From NCBI GenBank assembly GCA_964617105.1, contig CAZTWC010000003.1, positions 1 through 53,507 of the forward strand: a stretch of DNA of 53,507 nucleotides, in the 5' to 3' direction. The notes below the pieces were generated by a model. The model was given only the letters and a program-made list of their open reading frames with translations. It did no database searches and was not told where the DNA came from. This document shows positions 10,345 through 18,868 of this stretch, piece after piece. Position 1 is the first letter of the stretch. Every line of letters starts with the position of its first letter. The DNA comes from an uncultured Myxococcia bacterium. GTDB lineage: Bacteria; CAZTWC01. Made by a program: the position numbers and the translations under genes.

Positions 10345-11399
10345 TGAGATTTGCCTCTATTCAATATATCTGGCTGTTGGCCTTTTTACCTCTGATGGTG
10401 TTTCTGCTGTTTAACCGCCGGAAAAAAAGAAAACAGGTTCAAAAGCAATTTTTTACCCCCGCTGCTATCGGCAGGCTTCTACCCGACTATAGTGCTGATC
10501 GGCAATATTTTCAGCACAGTTTGATGATGGTGGTAATATTTATCCTGGTAATCAGCGCCACCGGACCCCAGTTCGGCCTCCACTCTAAACTTAGGAAACA
10601 AAGAGGGTTGGACATTGTGGTGGCCATGGATATCTCATTGAGCATGCAGGCCCGGGATATCTCACCAGACAGGCTGTCCAGAGCCAAGTTGGAATTGAGC
10701 CAACTTATCGGCAGTTTAAAGGGTGACCGCATCGGACTGGTGGTATTTGCTGGTCAAAGTTTTGTCCAATGTCCGCTTACCACCGATTACGCTTCGGTCC
10801 GCCTCTTTTTAAACGCTGTGGAACCAAGCATGTTGACCAGGCAGGGTACCGATCTGGCCGGTGCGCTAGAGGAGAGCCTGGGACTGTTGGAACGGAGTAA
10901 AACCGGCAGCAAATCGCGGGTAATAATCCTGCTGACCGATGGCGAAGGGCATGAAGGTGATCCCCTGGAGAAAGCCAAACTGGCCAAAGAAAAAGGGGTG
11001 TTTATTTTTGCAGTGGGGGTTGGTTCCCTGACCGGAGAGCCCATCCCTTTGGTGCAAAAAGGGGGCAAGATCAGGGGATATAAAAAAGACAATCAAGGCA
11101 ACACTGTGATCACCAGGCTGAATGATTCCATTCTCAAAGCAGTAGCTGAAACAGCATCAGGGCTTTATATCCATTCCGTAAGCGGCGATTTAGGAATATC
11201 ACGAGTAAGAAGATACTTAAACCAGATGGAAAAGAGCGAACATCGGGCCAGACTATTCACCCAGTATGAAGAGCGTTTCCAATATTTACTGCTGCCAACC
11301 CTGATTATTCTGCTGGCCATCACCTGGATGCCGGTTCGGCGCAGAAAAACCAAACTGCCAGGCTTGCCCGGTCAAAAAGGGGCAGGAGGTAAAAAATGA
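10344..11399 (+). CDS. batB: vWA-domain membrane protein, BatB-type
   Basis: MIDAS motif DIVVAMDISLSM, VVFAGQSF and ILLTDGEGH. The ATG at 10344 shares one nt with the batA stop (TGATG) and starts MRFASIQYIWLL, like the BatA N-terminus. The 10290 start in the ORF track is probably an over-extension. Confidence 0.8.
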   Translation: MRFASIQYIWLLAFLPLMVFLLFNRRKKRKQVQKQFFTPAAIGRLLPDYSADRQYFQHSLMMVVIFILVISATGPQFGLHSKLRKQRGLDIVVAMDISLSMQARDISPDRLSRAKLELSQLIGSLKGDRIGLVVFAGQSFVQCPLTTDYASVRLFLNAVEPSMLTRQGTDLAGALEESLGLLERSKTGSKSRVIILLTDGEGHEGDPLEKAKLAKEKGVFIFAVGVGSLTGEPIPLVQKGGKIRGYKKDNQGNTVITRLNDSILKAVAETASGLYIHSVSGDLGISRVRRYLNQMEKSEHRARLFTQYEERFQYLLLPTLIILLAITWMPVRRRKTKLPGLPGQKGAGGKK

Positions 11400-12181
11400 A
11401 AAAGATATGGGTGCTGATTTTATGCGGAGCACTTATATTTTGCCTGGGTTTTTCCCCTTTTGAGATAGAAGATCCCCAGGGATCCCAGGGTAACAACTAT
11501 TTTAAGCAGGGAGATTACCAAAAAGCGGAGGAGTCTTATATCAAGGCTCTGCAAGGGAATTCCCCCAAGGCTGCTATCTATTACAACCTGGGCAATACCT
11601 ATTTCCGGCTTGATCAGATGGAAAAAGCCCTGGAGCAATATCATAAAGCCCTGGGAGAAACCGGAGATACAGAATCGGGCCTTATGCGGGAAATTAAAAT
11701 AGATAGCCGGTTCAACCTGGGCAATACTTATATGCAGGGGAAAAAACTGTCCGATGCCATTAACGCCTTTCGGAAAGTATTGAAGATAGTTCCAGGACAT
11801 CAGGGTGCTCTCAACAATCTTAAAATAGCCCTGTACCAGTTGCAGCAGCAGAAGAAAAAGGAGCAGCAGAAAGGCAACCGCAACCAGGATAAGAAAAAAG
11901 GGGAGAAAAAAGCCCAGCAGCAGCAATCTCCAAAACCGGAGAAAAAAACACCCCAGAAGAAGGGGGAGAAAAAACAACCGCCTAAAGATAAACAGAAAAA
12001 AAAGCAGCAGGCGGGCACCCCTCAAAAGGGGAAAGAGGAACAGAAAAAGGAGAAAAAAGATTTGACCAAGCAGGATGGCAAAAATATTCTTGATGCCCTG
12101 CGCCAGCGGGAAAAGAATTTACAAATGCAACACTTTATGATAAAAGAACAGCGGTCAGACAAGGCGGATAAAGATTGGTAA
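11396..12181 (+). CDS. batC: TPR-repeat protein, BatC-type, with a long Lys/Gln-rich tail
   Basis: TPR units (YYNLGNTYFRLDQMEKALEQYHKAL; FNLGNTYMQGKKLSDAINAFRKVL). ATGA overlap with batB. The C-terminal 100 aa or so are low-complexity K/Q/E. Confidence 0.65.
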   Translation: MKKIWVLILCGALIFCLGFSPFEIEDPQGSQGNNYFKQGDYQKAEESYIKALQGNSPKAAIYYNLGNTYFRLDQMEKALEQYHKALGETGDTESGLMREIKIDSRFNLGNTYMQGKKLSDAINAFRKVLKIVPGHQGALNNLKIALYQLQQQKKKEQQKGNRNQDKKKGEKKAQQQQSPKPEKKTPQKKGEKKQPPKDKQKKKQQAGTPQKGKEEQKKEKKDLTKQDGKNILDALRQREKNLQMQHFMIKEQRSDKADKDW

Positions 12182-14058
12182 TCACTAAGAATTTGGAGAC
12201 AACAAGTTTGCCCCGTCAAAACTGTAATCAACGATTTGATCTGATTTTGGCCCTATTACTTTTGGTAATTATTACCTTTGTAAAGCCAATTGCCGCCCAG
12301 GCCGAGATTAGTTACCAGGCCCAGGTGGATCAAGACCGGGTAAGCCTCAACCAACCTATAACTCTCACGGTAACCATCACCTATAGCCAGGATCAGCCTC
12401 TGGAAAAACTGCAACTGCCCGATATGAGCCAATTCTCAGTGGTGTCAAGACGTTCATCGGAACAGATGGCTTTTAGTTTTGGAGGCGGGGCCAGTAGTTT
12501 TAAAAAAATTAAGCGTTACAACTTCACTCTGATGGCCAAACAAGAGGGACAGTTCACCATTGGGCCCGGTTTTCTAAGCAGCGCGGGAAAAAAATACTCC
12601 ACCCAGCCCCTGGAGATAACAGTCAGTCAAGATCACCCTCCCCTTCCCGGACCTCCACAGCAACAGCCATATTCTCCACCGGCTCCAGGGAGGCAGCCTT
12701 CTCCATCAAAGGCTCCTTCGGCCAATATGCCCAGGGGAACCGATCTATATTTATCTGCCCAGGTAGATAAAAAAGAAGTTTTCCTTGGCCAACAGGTAAC
12801 TTATCTGCTCAAACTTTACAGTCGAATAGATCTATCCTCCATAGATAATTTACAGATGCCCAAGATGGAGGACTTTTGGAGTGAAGAGATAGAATCCCCG
12901 GAACGAATTGCCCAAAAGGTGGAATATATAAAAGGGATAAAGTATAACTCATATCTGTTGAGGCGCAAAGCCATTTTTCCTATTAAAAGCGGTCAGTTGA
13001 CTATTCCTCCAGCCGGAGTGGAAATCTCTACCGGGTATTCCTTTTTTATGCCTTCCGAACGATTCCGGCGAGTATCAGACCAGGTGACTCTCCAGGTTAA
13101 ACCTCTCCCTTCCCAGGGACGTCCGGCTAACTTTTCCAGCAATAATGTAGGAGAATATTTTTTACAGGTCTATGTCAAACCTAAACGGGTAGCGGCAGGT
13201 AAACCAGTGACCTTAAAAATTCGGATCAGTGGCGCCGGTAATATCAGCCAAGTTACTTTACCCCAATTGCCCTTTATGGGCGATTTTAAGGTATATGACC
13301 CCACCTTACAGGAAAAACAGGGGTTCAAAAGGGAAAACTTTGGCGGTGAAAAAACAGCGGAGTACTTACTTCTTCCCCTTAAAGGCGGTGATCTGACCAT
13401 ACCTCCTTTCATCTTTAATTTTTTCGACCCTCAAAAAGGGGAATACCGGATGATCAATACTGAAGCCATCCATATCTATTCCGCCGGCGCCGCCTTGTCG
13501 CAAAAGGAGCAGGAAGAAAAAACTTCTCTCGCCAATCCTGCAGATGATAGGCAGACCAGAATACGACCGATTATTTTTAACAGCAGCCTAAATAAATTTA
13601 ATTTTATCCACCACACCTATTGGTATTGGGTGCTTATTTTTCTCCCTTTGGGCTTGTACATTCTGGCTTTATCAATACCGATAATCAAAAACGGCCTCAG
13701 GGGAATTTTATTTCTGGCCGCTGCCCGATCGCCCGGAGTAATTGCCCTCAAGAAACTGCGAAAACTTAATCGGGACGCTGACAAATACAACCAGGAACAG
13801 TTTTTTAGCCGAATGGCAAAAATCTTTAGCGTTTTTTTACAACAAAAGTTTAACCTGCCGGTGCAGGGGCTTACCATGGTTGCCCTCAATCAAACGCTGA
13901 AGGAAAAAGGGATTTCACCCCAACTGGCCGAAGAGGTGATAACAGAGATGGAGGGGTACGATTTTGCCCGTTTTGCTCCGGCAGGTTCACAGGAAGAGGA
14001 GAAAGAAAAAGCCTGGAATAATTGCCGGCGTTTGGTTCTTAGCCTGGAAAAGTCTTAG
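12175..14058 (+). CDS. batD: BatD-type (oxygen-tolerance family) secreted/membrane-anchored protein
   Basis: Signal peptide, two beta-rich modules separated by a Pro-rich linker (PPLPGPPQQQPYSPPAPGRQPSPS), a TM near residue 490, and a helical tail ending ...YDFARFAP. Last gene of the coupled operon. TTG start overlaps batC by 7 nt. Confidence 0.7.
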   Translation: MVITKNLETTSLPRQNCNQRFDLILALLLLVIITFVKPIAAQAEISYQAQVDQDRVSLNQPITLTVTITYSQDQPLEKLQLPDMSQFSVVSRRSSEQMAFSFGGGASSFKKIKRYNFTLMAKQEGQFTIGPGFLSSAGKKYSTQPLEITVSQDHPPLPGPPQQQPYSPPAPGRQPSPSKAPSANMPRGTDLYLSAQVDKKEVFLGQQVTYLLKLYSRIDLSSIDNLQMPKMEDFWSEEIESPERIAQKVEYIKGIKYNSYLLRRKAIFPIKSGQLTIPPAGVEISTGYSFFMPSERFRRVSDQVTLQVKPLPSQGRPANFSSNNVGEYFLQVYVKPKRVAAGKPVTLKIRISGAGNISQVTLPQLPFMGDFKVYDPTLQEKQGFKRENFGGEKTAEYLLLPLKGGDLTIPPFIFNFFDPQKGEYRMINTEAIHIYSAGAALSQKEQEEKTSLANPADDRQTRIRPIIFNSSLNKFNFIHHTYWYWVLIFLPLGLYILALSIPIIKNGLRGILFLAAARSPGVIALKKLRKLNRDADKYNQEQFFSRMAKIFSVFLQQKFNLPVQGLTMVALNQTLKEKGISPQLAEEVITEMEGYDFARFAPAGSQEEEKEKAWNNCRRLVLSLEKS

Positions 14059-14600
14059 GGCTCATTTGAGTCATTGCCATTGCTCAAACCTTTTTCCAGG
14101 TCACTACATTTTTCAGTTAAACTAATCACTTTGCGGGTGGAGTCCCGTAGCCTTTCAGCCAGCATGGTGGCCATGGTACGAAAAAAAGTGTAAGATAAAT
14201 AAAGAACTTCCTTGTCTTCATACTTGTCAGGAGCGTCAAGCACCGTGCCGTCAATTACCAAACATTCAACTTTGGTTTCAGTACACACATCAGCAGAGCG
14301 GGGAGAACCGTCTACAATACCCATTTCGCCAAACATATCACCAGCGTTGCTTAATCTCCTGATCACTTTACCCTGTTTTTTTATTTGCACAATGCCAAAC
14401 AGCAAAAGGAAAATATTATTGCCAATTTCTCCATCTTTAATAATAGTTTCCTCTGGTTCGTAATGCCGGATCGAACAGTAGTGCAAAAGGTCTTTCATCT
14501 CTTTTTGGTGAAAAGGGGCAAAAAGATCGGTCATCTGCAAGGTAGCCAGGTATCTTAACTGTTGAGACTCTGGAAAATCATCAATTTTAATCTCTTTCAT
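14055..14600 (-). CDS. Stand-alone cyclic-nucleotide-binding (cNMP) domain protein with C-terminal coiled-coil
   Basis: Phosphate-binding-cassette-like FGEMGIVDGSPRSADV. No HTH or other output domain is recognisable. Confidence 0.75.
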   Translation of the reverse strand: MKEIKIDDFPESQQLRYLATLQMTDLFAPFHQKEMKDLLHYCSIRHYEPEETIIKDGEIGNNIFLLLFGIVQIKKQGKVIRRLSNAGDMFGEMGIVDGSPRSADVCTETKVECLVIDGTVLDAPDKYEDKEVLYLSYTFFRTMATMLAERLRDSTRKVISLTEKCSDLEKGLSNGNDSNEP

Positions 14601-14743
14601 ATAATAATTTTATCCTTTGGCAAATGAGTATATAATTATTATTATCACGGTATACCCTGCCGGTCAAAAAGAAAGTGATTTGCTGACTTACGAATGTTGG
14701 AAGATTCTTGCCAATTAAATCCAGGTGGCATATAATTTCCATT

Positions 14744-16672
14744 ATGAATAAAAAAATATTGCCTCTATCAATAATTCTCCTGGTGGTTGTTTTTTTCAAT
14801 TCCGGCGCCAACCGTTTAGTTTATGGTGCCGGAAAAAGAGAAGCAAATCTTAGACAAAACAGTAGCCAAGGACAGATGATTTTTAAAAAAATTATATCTC
14901 ACTGGCAATCCTACCTAAAAAACAAAACCAATTTTAACCAGGTGGCGGCTCAATCCGATTTGATACAAATATCATCCTTGCACAACCAGATGACGGTTAA
15001 AAATATGTTTAGCCTGTCAGCTGCTATATTGCGAGAGGCAAAAAACACCCTGCAGTGGCACGATTTCGTTCGAGCCCAAAATCTAACTAACCTGGCTATT
15101 AAGATATCTCCCGCCTATCTGGACGCCTACCTGTTTGCCGCTAAAATCATAATAAAATCCGATAACATGAACCTGGGTAAAGCCTTTAATTACGTGAGAA
15201 AAGGGATAATTGCCGGTTGGAAAGACTTCAGGCTCAAAGGAAGAATTAAAGCCATCCTGACCATATTCTTGTTTTTATCAGTGTCAATATCTTTTTCTAT
15301 CTTTGCCCTGATAATACTGGTTAAATATTTCAAATTTGTGGCCCACACTCTGTATCATTTAACCCTTACCAAGATAAACAGTTTTTTTTGTTCTCTGGCT
15401 CTGTTTTTATTCTTGGGAATGTTGGTATTTTTTAAGTTCGGTCCGCTGATAATCCTGGGAATTTTTTCTACTATGACATTGCTGTATCAAAACCGCCGGG
15501 AGAAGGTGATCTCCTACCTTTTTCTCCTGTTTATCGGCTTTTCCAATCCTCTTTATAGCCACGTTACTGATGCACTGTTATTTCCCTTGCCCCAGGCAAA
15601 TATCCTATATGAGTTGAATTATAATTGGACCCCGGAAAGCCGAACCAAAGAATCCCAAAAAAGCCTATTAAAGCCCACAAATAAAGAAATACGCGATCTG
15701 CTATCATTCTCAACCGCGCTCAGAGCCAAAAGAAATGGAGATTTAAAAAAAGCATTCAATATTTTACAATTGTTAAAGGAGAATAAAAGGCTTAAAGGAA
15801 AAGTGATGAATAATCTAGGTAACATCTACTTTACCTGGGGTAATTTCCAAACCGCCTCAGAACACTACTTAATAGCCACAAATAACTTGCCAGGAAAGGC
15901 GGAAATCCACTACAATCTAGGTCAAACCTATTTCCAATTGGAAAATCAACAAATGGGAGAGGAGGAGATAAAAAAAGCCTTTGCCATCAGTTCTTTACCT
16001 GTATTTTCACCCCTTCATCAAAAAGTAATTGAGCCAGCCCAAAGGTTGCTTGATATTCCTCTGGAACATAATGAACTGAAACAGGTCACCTGGATTAATG
16101 TAAAAGAGCGAATAAAAATCAGAAATTGGCTCTGGCAATTTTCCGGAGGAAAATTCCCTCTCTACCTCACTGGTTTCTTTTCACAACTTCTGGTGATCAT
16201 TACCTTGCTGACATTTATTCTGATCAGGCAATTGCAACCCTCCAGCCGTTGTTCCTACTGCGGTTCGATAATTTGTAAAAAGTGCCAAACCGAAAGTGAG
16301 GATGAAACCATTTGCCTGCAATGCCACCGATTGGTTAATGCCAGCGTCTTGATCAACCTCAGAACCCGGATGAAGCAAGGAAAAAAGATAGACTTACATA
16401 CCTTTGTCACCAAGATAACCACGGTAATATTTACCCTGTTGGCTCAGGGTGCCGGGCATATCTGGCTGGGAGCATCTTTAGCAGGATTTTTGATTCTATC
16501 TCTATTCTCCCTGGCAATCTCAAGTCTGCTGTTGTCGAACTTCCCGGCTGTATACCTGTTACCCACAAGCGATCTGTTTATGACCACAGCGAAAATGTTT
16601 CTGATATTTTTTTGGGGCATTATTTTCCTGTTTTCCTTTATATCTATAATTTCAATGTTGAGAAAAAGTTAA
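14744..16672 (+). CDS. Polytopic membrane protein with TPR repeats and an embedded Cys6-His zinc-ribbon-like segment
   Basis: Signal/anchor MNKKILPLSIILLVVVFF. About 4 TMs (residues ~180-290). TPR units (MNNLGNIYFTWGNFQTASEHY; HYNLGQTYFQLENQ). CSYCGSIICKKCQTESEDETICLQCH at nt 16250-16327, followed by further TMs. The ATG at 14744 is preferred over the TTG at 14708. Confidence 0.55.
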   Translation: MNKKILPLSIILLVVVFFNSGANRLVYGAGKREANLRQNSSQGQMIFKKIISHWQSYLKNKTNFNQVAAQSDLIQISSLHNQMTVKNMFSLSAAILREAKNTLQWHDFVRAQNLTNLAIKISPAYLDAYLFAAKIIIKSDNMNLGKAFNYVRKGIIAGWKDFRLKGRIKAILTIFLFLSVSISFSIFALIILVKYFKFVAHTLYHLTLTKINSFFCSLALFLFLGMLVFFKFGPLIILGIFSTMTLLYQNRREKVISYLFLLFIGFSNPLYSHVTDALLFPLPQANILYELNYNWTPESRTKESQKSLLKPTNKEIRDLLSFSTALRAKRNGDLKKAFNILQLLKENKRLKGKVMNNLGNIYFTWGNFQTASEHYLIATNNLPGKAEIHYNLGQTYFQLENQQMGEEEIKKAFAISSLPVFSPLHQKVIEPAQRLLDIPLEHNELKQVTWINVKERIKIRNWLWQFSGGKFPLYLTGFFSQLLVIITLLTFILIRQLQPSSRCSYCGSIICKKCQTESEDETICLQCHRLVNASVLINLRTRMKQGKKIDLHTFVTKITTVIFTLLAQGAGHIWLGASLAGFLILSLFSLAISSLLLSNFPAVYLLPTSDLFMTTAKMFLIFFWGIIFLFSFISIISMLRKS

Positions 16673-16691
16673 TAAATAAGGATTAAATACC

Positions 16692-17822
16692 ATGTCTTTC
16701 AAAGGCAGCATAGCATCGTTAGGTATGGCCGAGATATTACAACTGCTATGGCGGCAGCAAAAAAGTGGCTTGCTCCAGTTATATAAAGGGAAAAAGCAGG
16801 TTAACCTGGGATTTTTTCAGGGTAATATAGTCTACATTGAGCCTCTGGGTACAGGTCTGGATAAATTGTTCGGCCGGGCACTCATAAAAGCAGAACTAAT
16901 AGATGACTCAGATCTGCAAAGGCTGATGAACATCCATTACCGCACTTTGAAAAAATTGAACCAGATAATTCTGGACGAAAACCTACTGGCAACCAACCAG
17001 GTTCAGGCTATCTTAAATTTACTCTGCACCGAACTTGCCTATCAGGTACTTACCTGGGAAAAGGGGGAATACAATTTTTTGGCCGAAAATGAAGAGCAAT
17101 TAAGTTTTACCCGGATGATTGATCTGAAAGTAGACCAGGTGTTGATGGAAGGAATGAGGCAGATGGATGAATGGCCTGGCATCCGAAAAAAAATTAAAGG
17201 GGAAAAGATTATTTTTCAAAAAATCAAGGATTTAAGCATCTATATTCCCGGACAACAGGGTTCTACCCCTGGTGATATAATTGCTGGAAAAGGAAAATAC
17301 CGGGAGATTGGCTCTGGGGAAAAAAAGGTGTTTCAACAGGTAAACGGCCTCTTCGATGTGGAAAAACTGGCCTATATCACCAGGATAGGATTGTTCGAAA
17401 CCAGCCGGGCGTTAAAAAACCTCCTGGGGGCAGACTTAATAAAACTGGCAAAGGCTTCATCAAGAAAAAAAGCCGGCGCTTCACATGGGAGAAAAAGCCG
17501 GATAACCTTTCTGTCCACTCTACTCAACCTTTCTGCGGCAGCGGTATTGATTCTGGCCTCATATATGCTATACGATTATGCCCGAAGTCTAGATGAAATA
17601 AACCCCTTCTCCCATTATCTCTGCCCCCTGGATCAACAAGTTAAAACCATGATGCAATACAACCGCTATATCAGAGGGCGGCATGCTATCCGGGTTTATT
17701 GGGTAGAGAAAGGAAAATTACCCACCAAAGTTGACCAATTAACCGAGGGCGGATTTCTGAAAAAAAACCTGCTTTACCAGGCAGAATTTAAACAAATTAT
17801 TCACAGTTTTAACTTGAAATAG
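16692..17822 (+). CDS. DUF4388 (PatA-N-like) domain protein with a C-terminal TM and short extracytoplasmic tail
   Basis: The N-terminus FKGSIASLGMAEILQLLWRQQKSGLLQL is the characteristic DUF4388 opening. It lies 19 nt downstream of the preceding gene. Confidence 0.6.
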   Translation: MSFKGSIASLGMAEILQLLWRQQKSGLLQLYKGKKQVNLGFFQGNIVYIEPLGTGLDKLFGRALIKAELIDDSDLQRLMNIHYRTLKKLNQIILDENLLATNQVQAILNLLCTELAYQVLTWEKGEYNFLAENEEQLSFTRMIDLKVDQVLMEGMRQMDEWPGIRKKIKGEKIIFQKIKDLSIYIPGQQGSTPGDIIAGKGKYREIGSGEKKVFQQVNGLFDVEKLAYITRIGLFETSRALKNLLGADLIKLAKASSRKKAGASHGRKSRITFLSTLLNLSAAAVLILASYMLYDYARSLDEINPFSHYLCPLDQQVKTMMQYNRYIRGRHAIRVYWVEKGKLPTKVDQLTEGGFLKKNLLYQAEFKQIIHSFNLK

Positions 17823-17899
17823 TAATAAACTACCGGAAAAGTCTTTTTGCTATTCAACCCGGCATTAAAATACCGGGAGTTCTTTTTGTTATTAAGTTT

Positions 17900-18868
17900 A
17901 TGGAAAATGTAAAAGAAAAAATAGATTTTATAGATATGGGAGCCTTGCTCAATATCTGCGGCAAAAATGATGAAAATTTGCGGCATATGGAAAAAATTGC
18001 CTCGGTTGCGATTATGGCCAGGGGAAACCAAATTTTTATCAGCGGAAAAAATGCCCGCTTAGTTGAAAGGGCAAAGTTGCTGTTTGAAAAACTCCAGGGA
18101 ATAGCGAAAAAAGGGGTGATAATTTCAAAAAATGATATCCAGCGGGCTTTTGATCTTTTTATTGATGACCAAAATGTGGCGTTAGAAGATTTTTTTGTAA
18201 ATGGTATATACCTTCCATACAGAAGCAATCCGGTGGTACCCAGGGGAGTGGCCCAAAAACAATATATTGAAGCCATTTCCCGTTCACCTTTGACTTTTGC
18301 CATTGGACCGGCTGGCACCGGTAAAACTTACCTGGCCATTGCTATGGCGGTCTATTACTTGTCGGAACATATTGTCAATAAAATGATCCTGGTAAGACCG
18401 GCCGTAGAAGCAGGAGAAAAACTGGGATTTTTACCGGGCAGCATGCTGGAAAAAATAAATCCCTATTTGCGGCCCCTGTACGATGCTCTCCACGATATGA
18501 TGGAGATTGATCGGGTAAACCAATTGCTTGAGGAAGGAAACATCGAAGTGGCCCCTCTGGCTTTTATGAGAGGACGAACACTGAACAACTGCTTTGCAAT
18601 TTTGGATGAAGGACAAAATACTACCCCTGAACAAATGAAGATGTTTCTCACCCGGCTCGGTTTTAACACCAGAACAGTACTCACCGGAGATATCACCCAG
18701 GTGGATTTGCCGAACAACCAGCAATCGGGCTTGATCCATGCAATATCGATCTTGAAAAAAGTATCGCAGATCAAATTCTGCTATTTCAGTGAAAAAGATG
18801 TGGTCCGACATCCTTTGGTTCAAAAAATAATAAAAGCCTACGCTACCGGGGAGGAGGACTCCAGGTGA
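17900..18868 (+). CDS. phoH: PhoH-family ATPase (YbeZ-like)
   Basis: Walker A GPAGTGKTYLA, ILDEGQNTT and TGDITQVDLP. Conserved phoH / 7TM-HD / ybeY neighbourhood. Confidence 0.9.
   Translation: MENVKEKIDFIDMGALLNICGKNDENLRHMEKIASVAIMARGNQIFISGKNARLVERAKLLFEKLQGIAKKGVIISKNDIQRAFDLFIDDQNVALEDFFVNGIYLPYRSNPVVPRGVAQKQYIEAISRSPLTFAIGPAGTGKTYLAIAMAVYYLSEHIVNKMILVRPAVEAGEKLGFLPGSMLEKINPYLRPLYDALHDMMEIDRVNQLLEEGNIEVAPLAFMRGRTLNNCFAILDEGQNTTPEQMKMFLTRLGFNTRTVLTGDITQVDLPNNQQSGLIHAISILKKVSQIKFCYFSEKDVVRHPLVQKIIKAYATGEEDSR

Noticed and set aside
11420-12025. 201-aa minus-strand ORF (plus the 72-aa and 69-aa ORFs nearby) antisense to batC
   Set aside because: It is the complement of a Lys/Gln low-complexity, purine-rich coding tail and translates to poly-Leu/Phe nonsense. 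No RBS or domain is recognisable, and the sense gene has a clear TPR identity and operon coupling.
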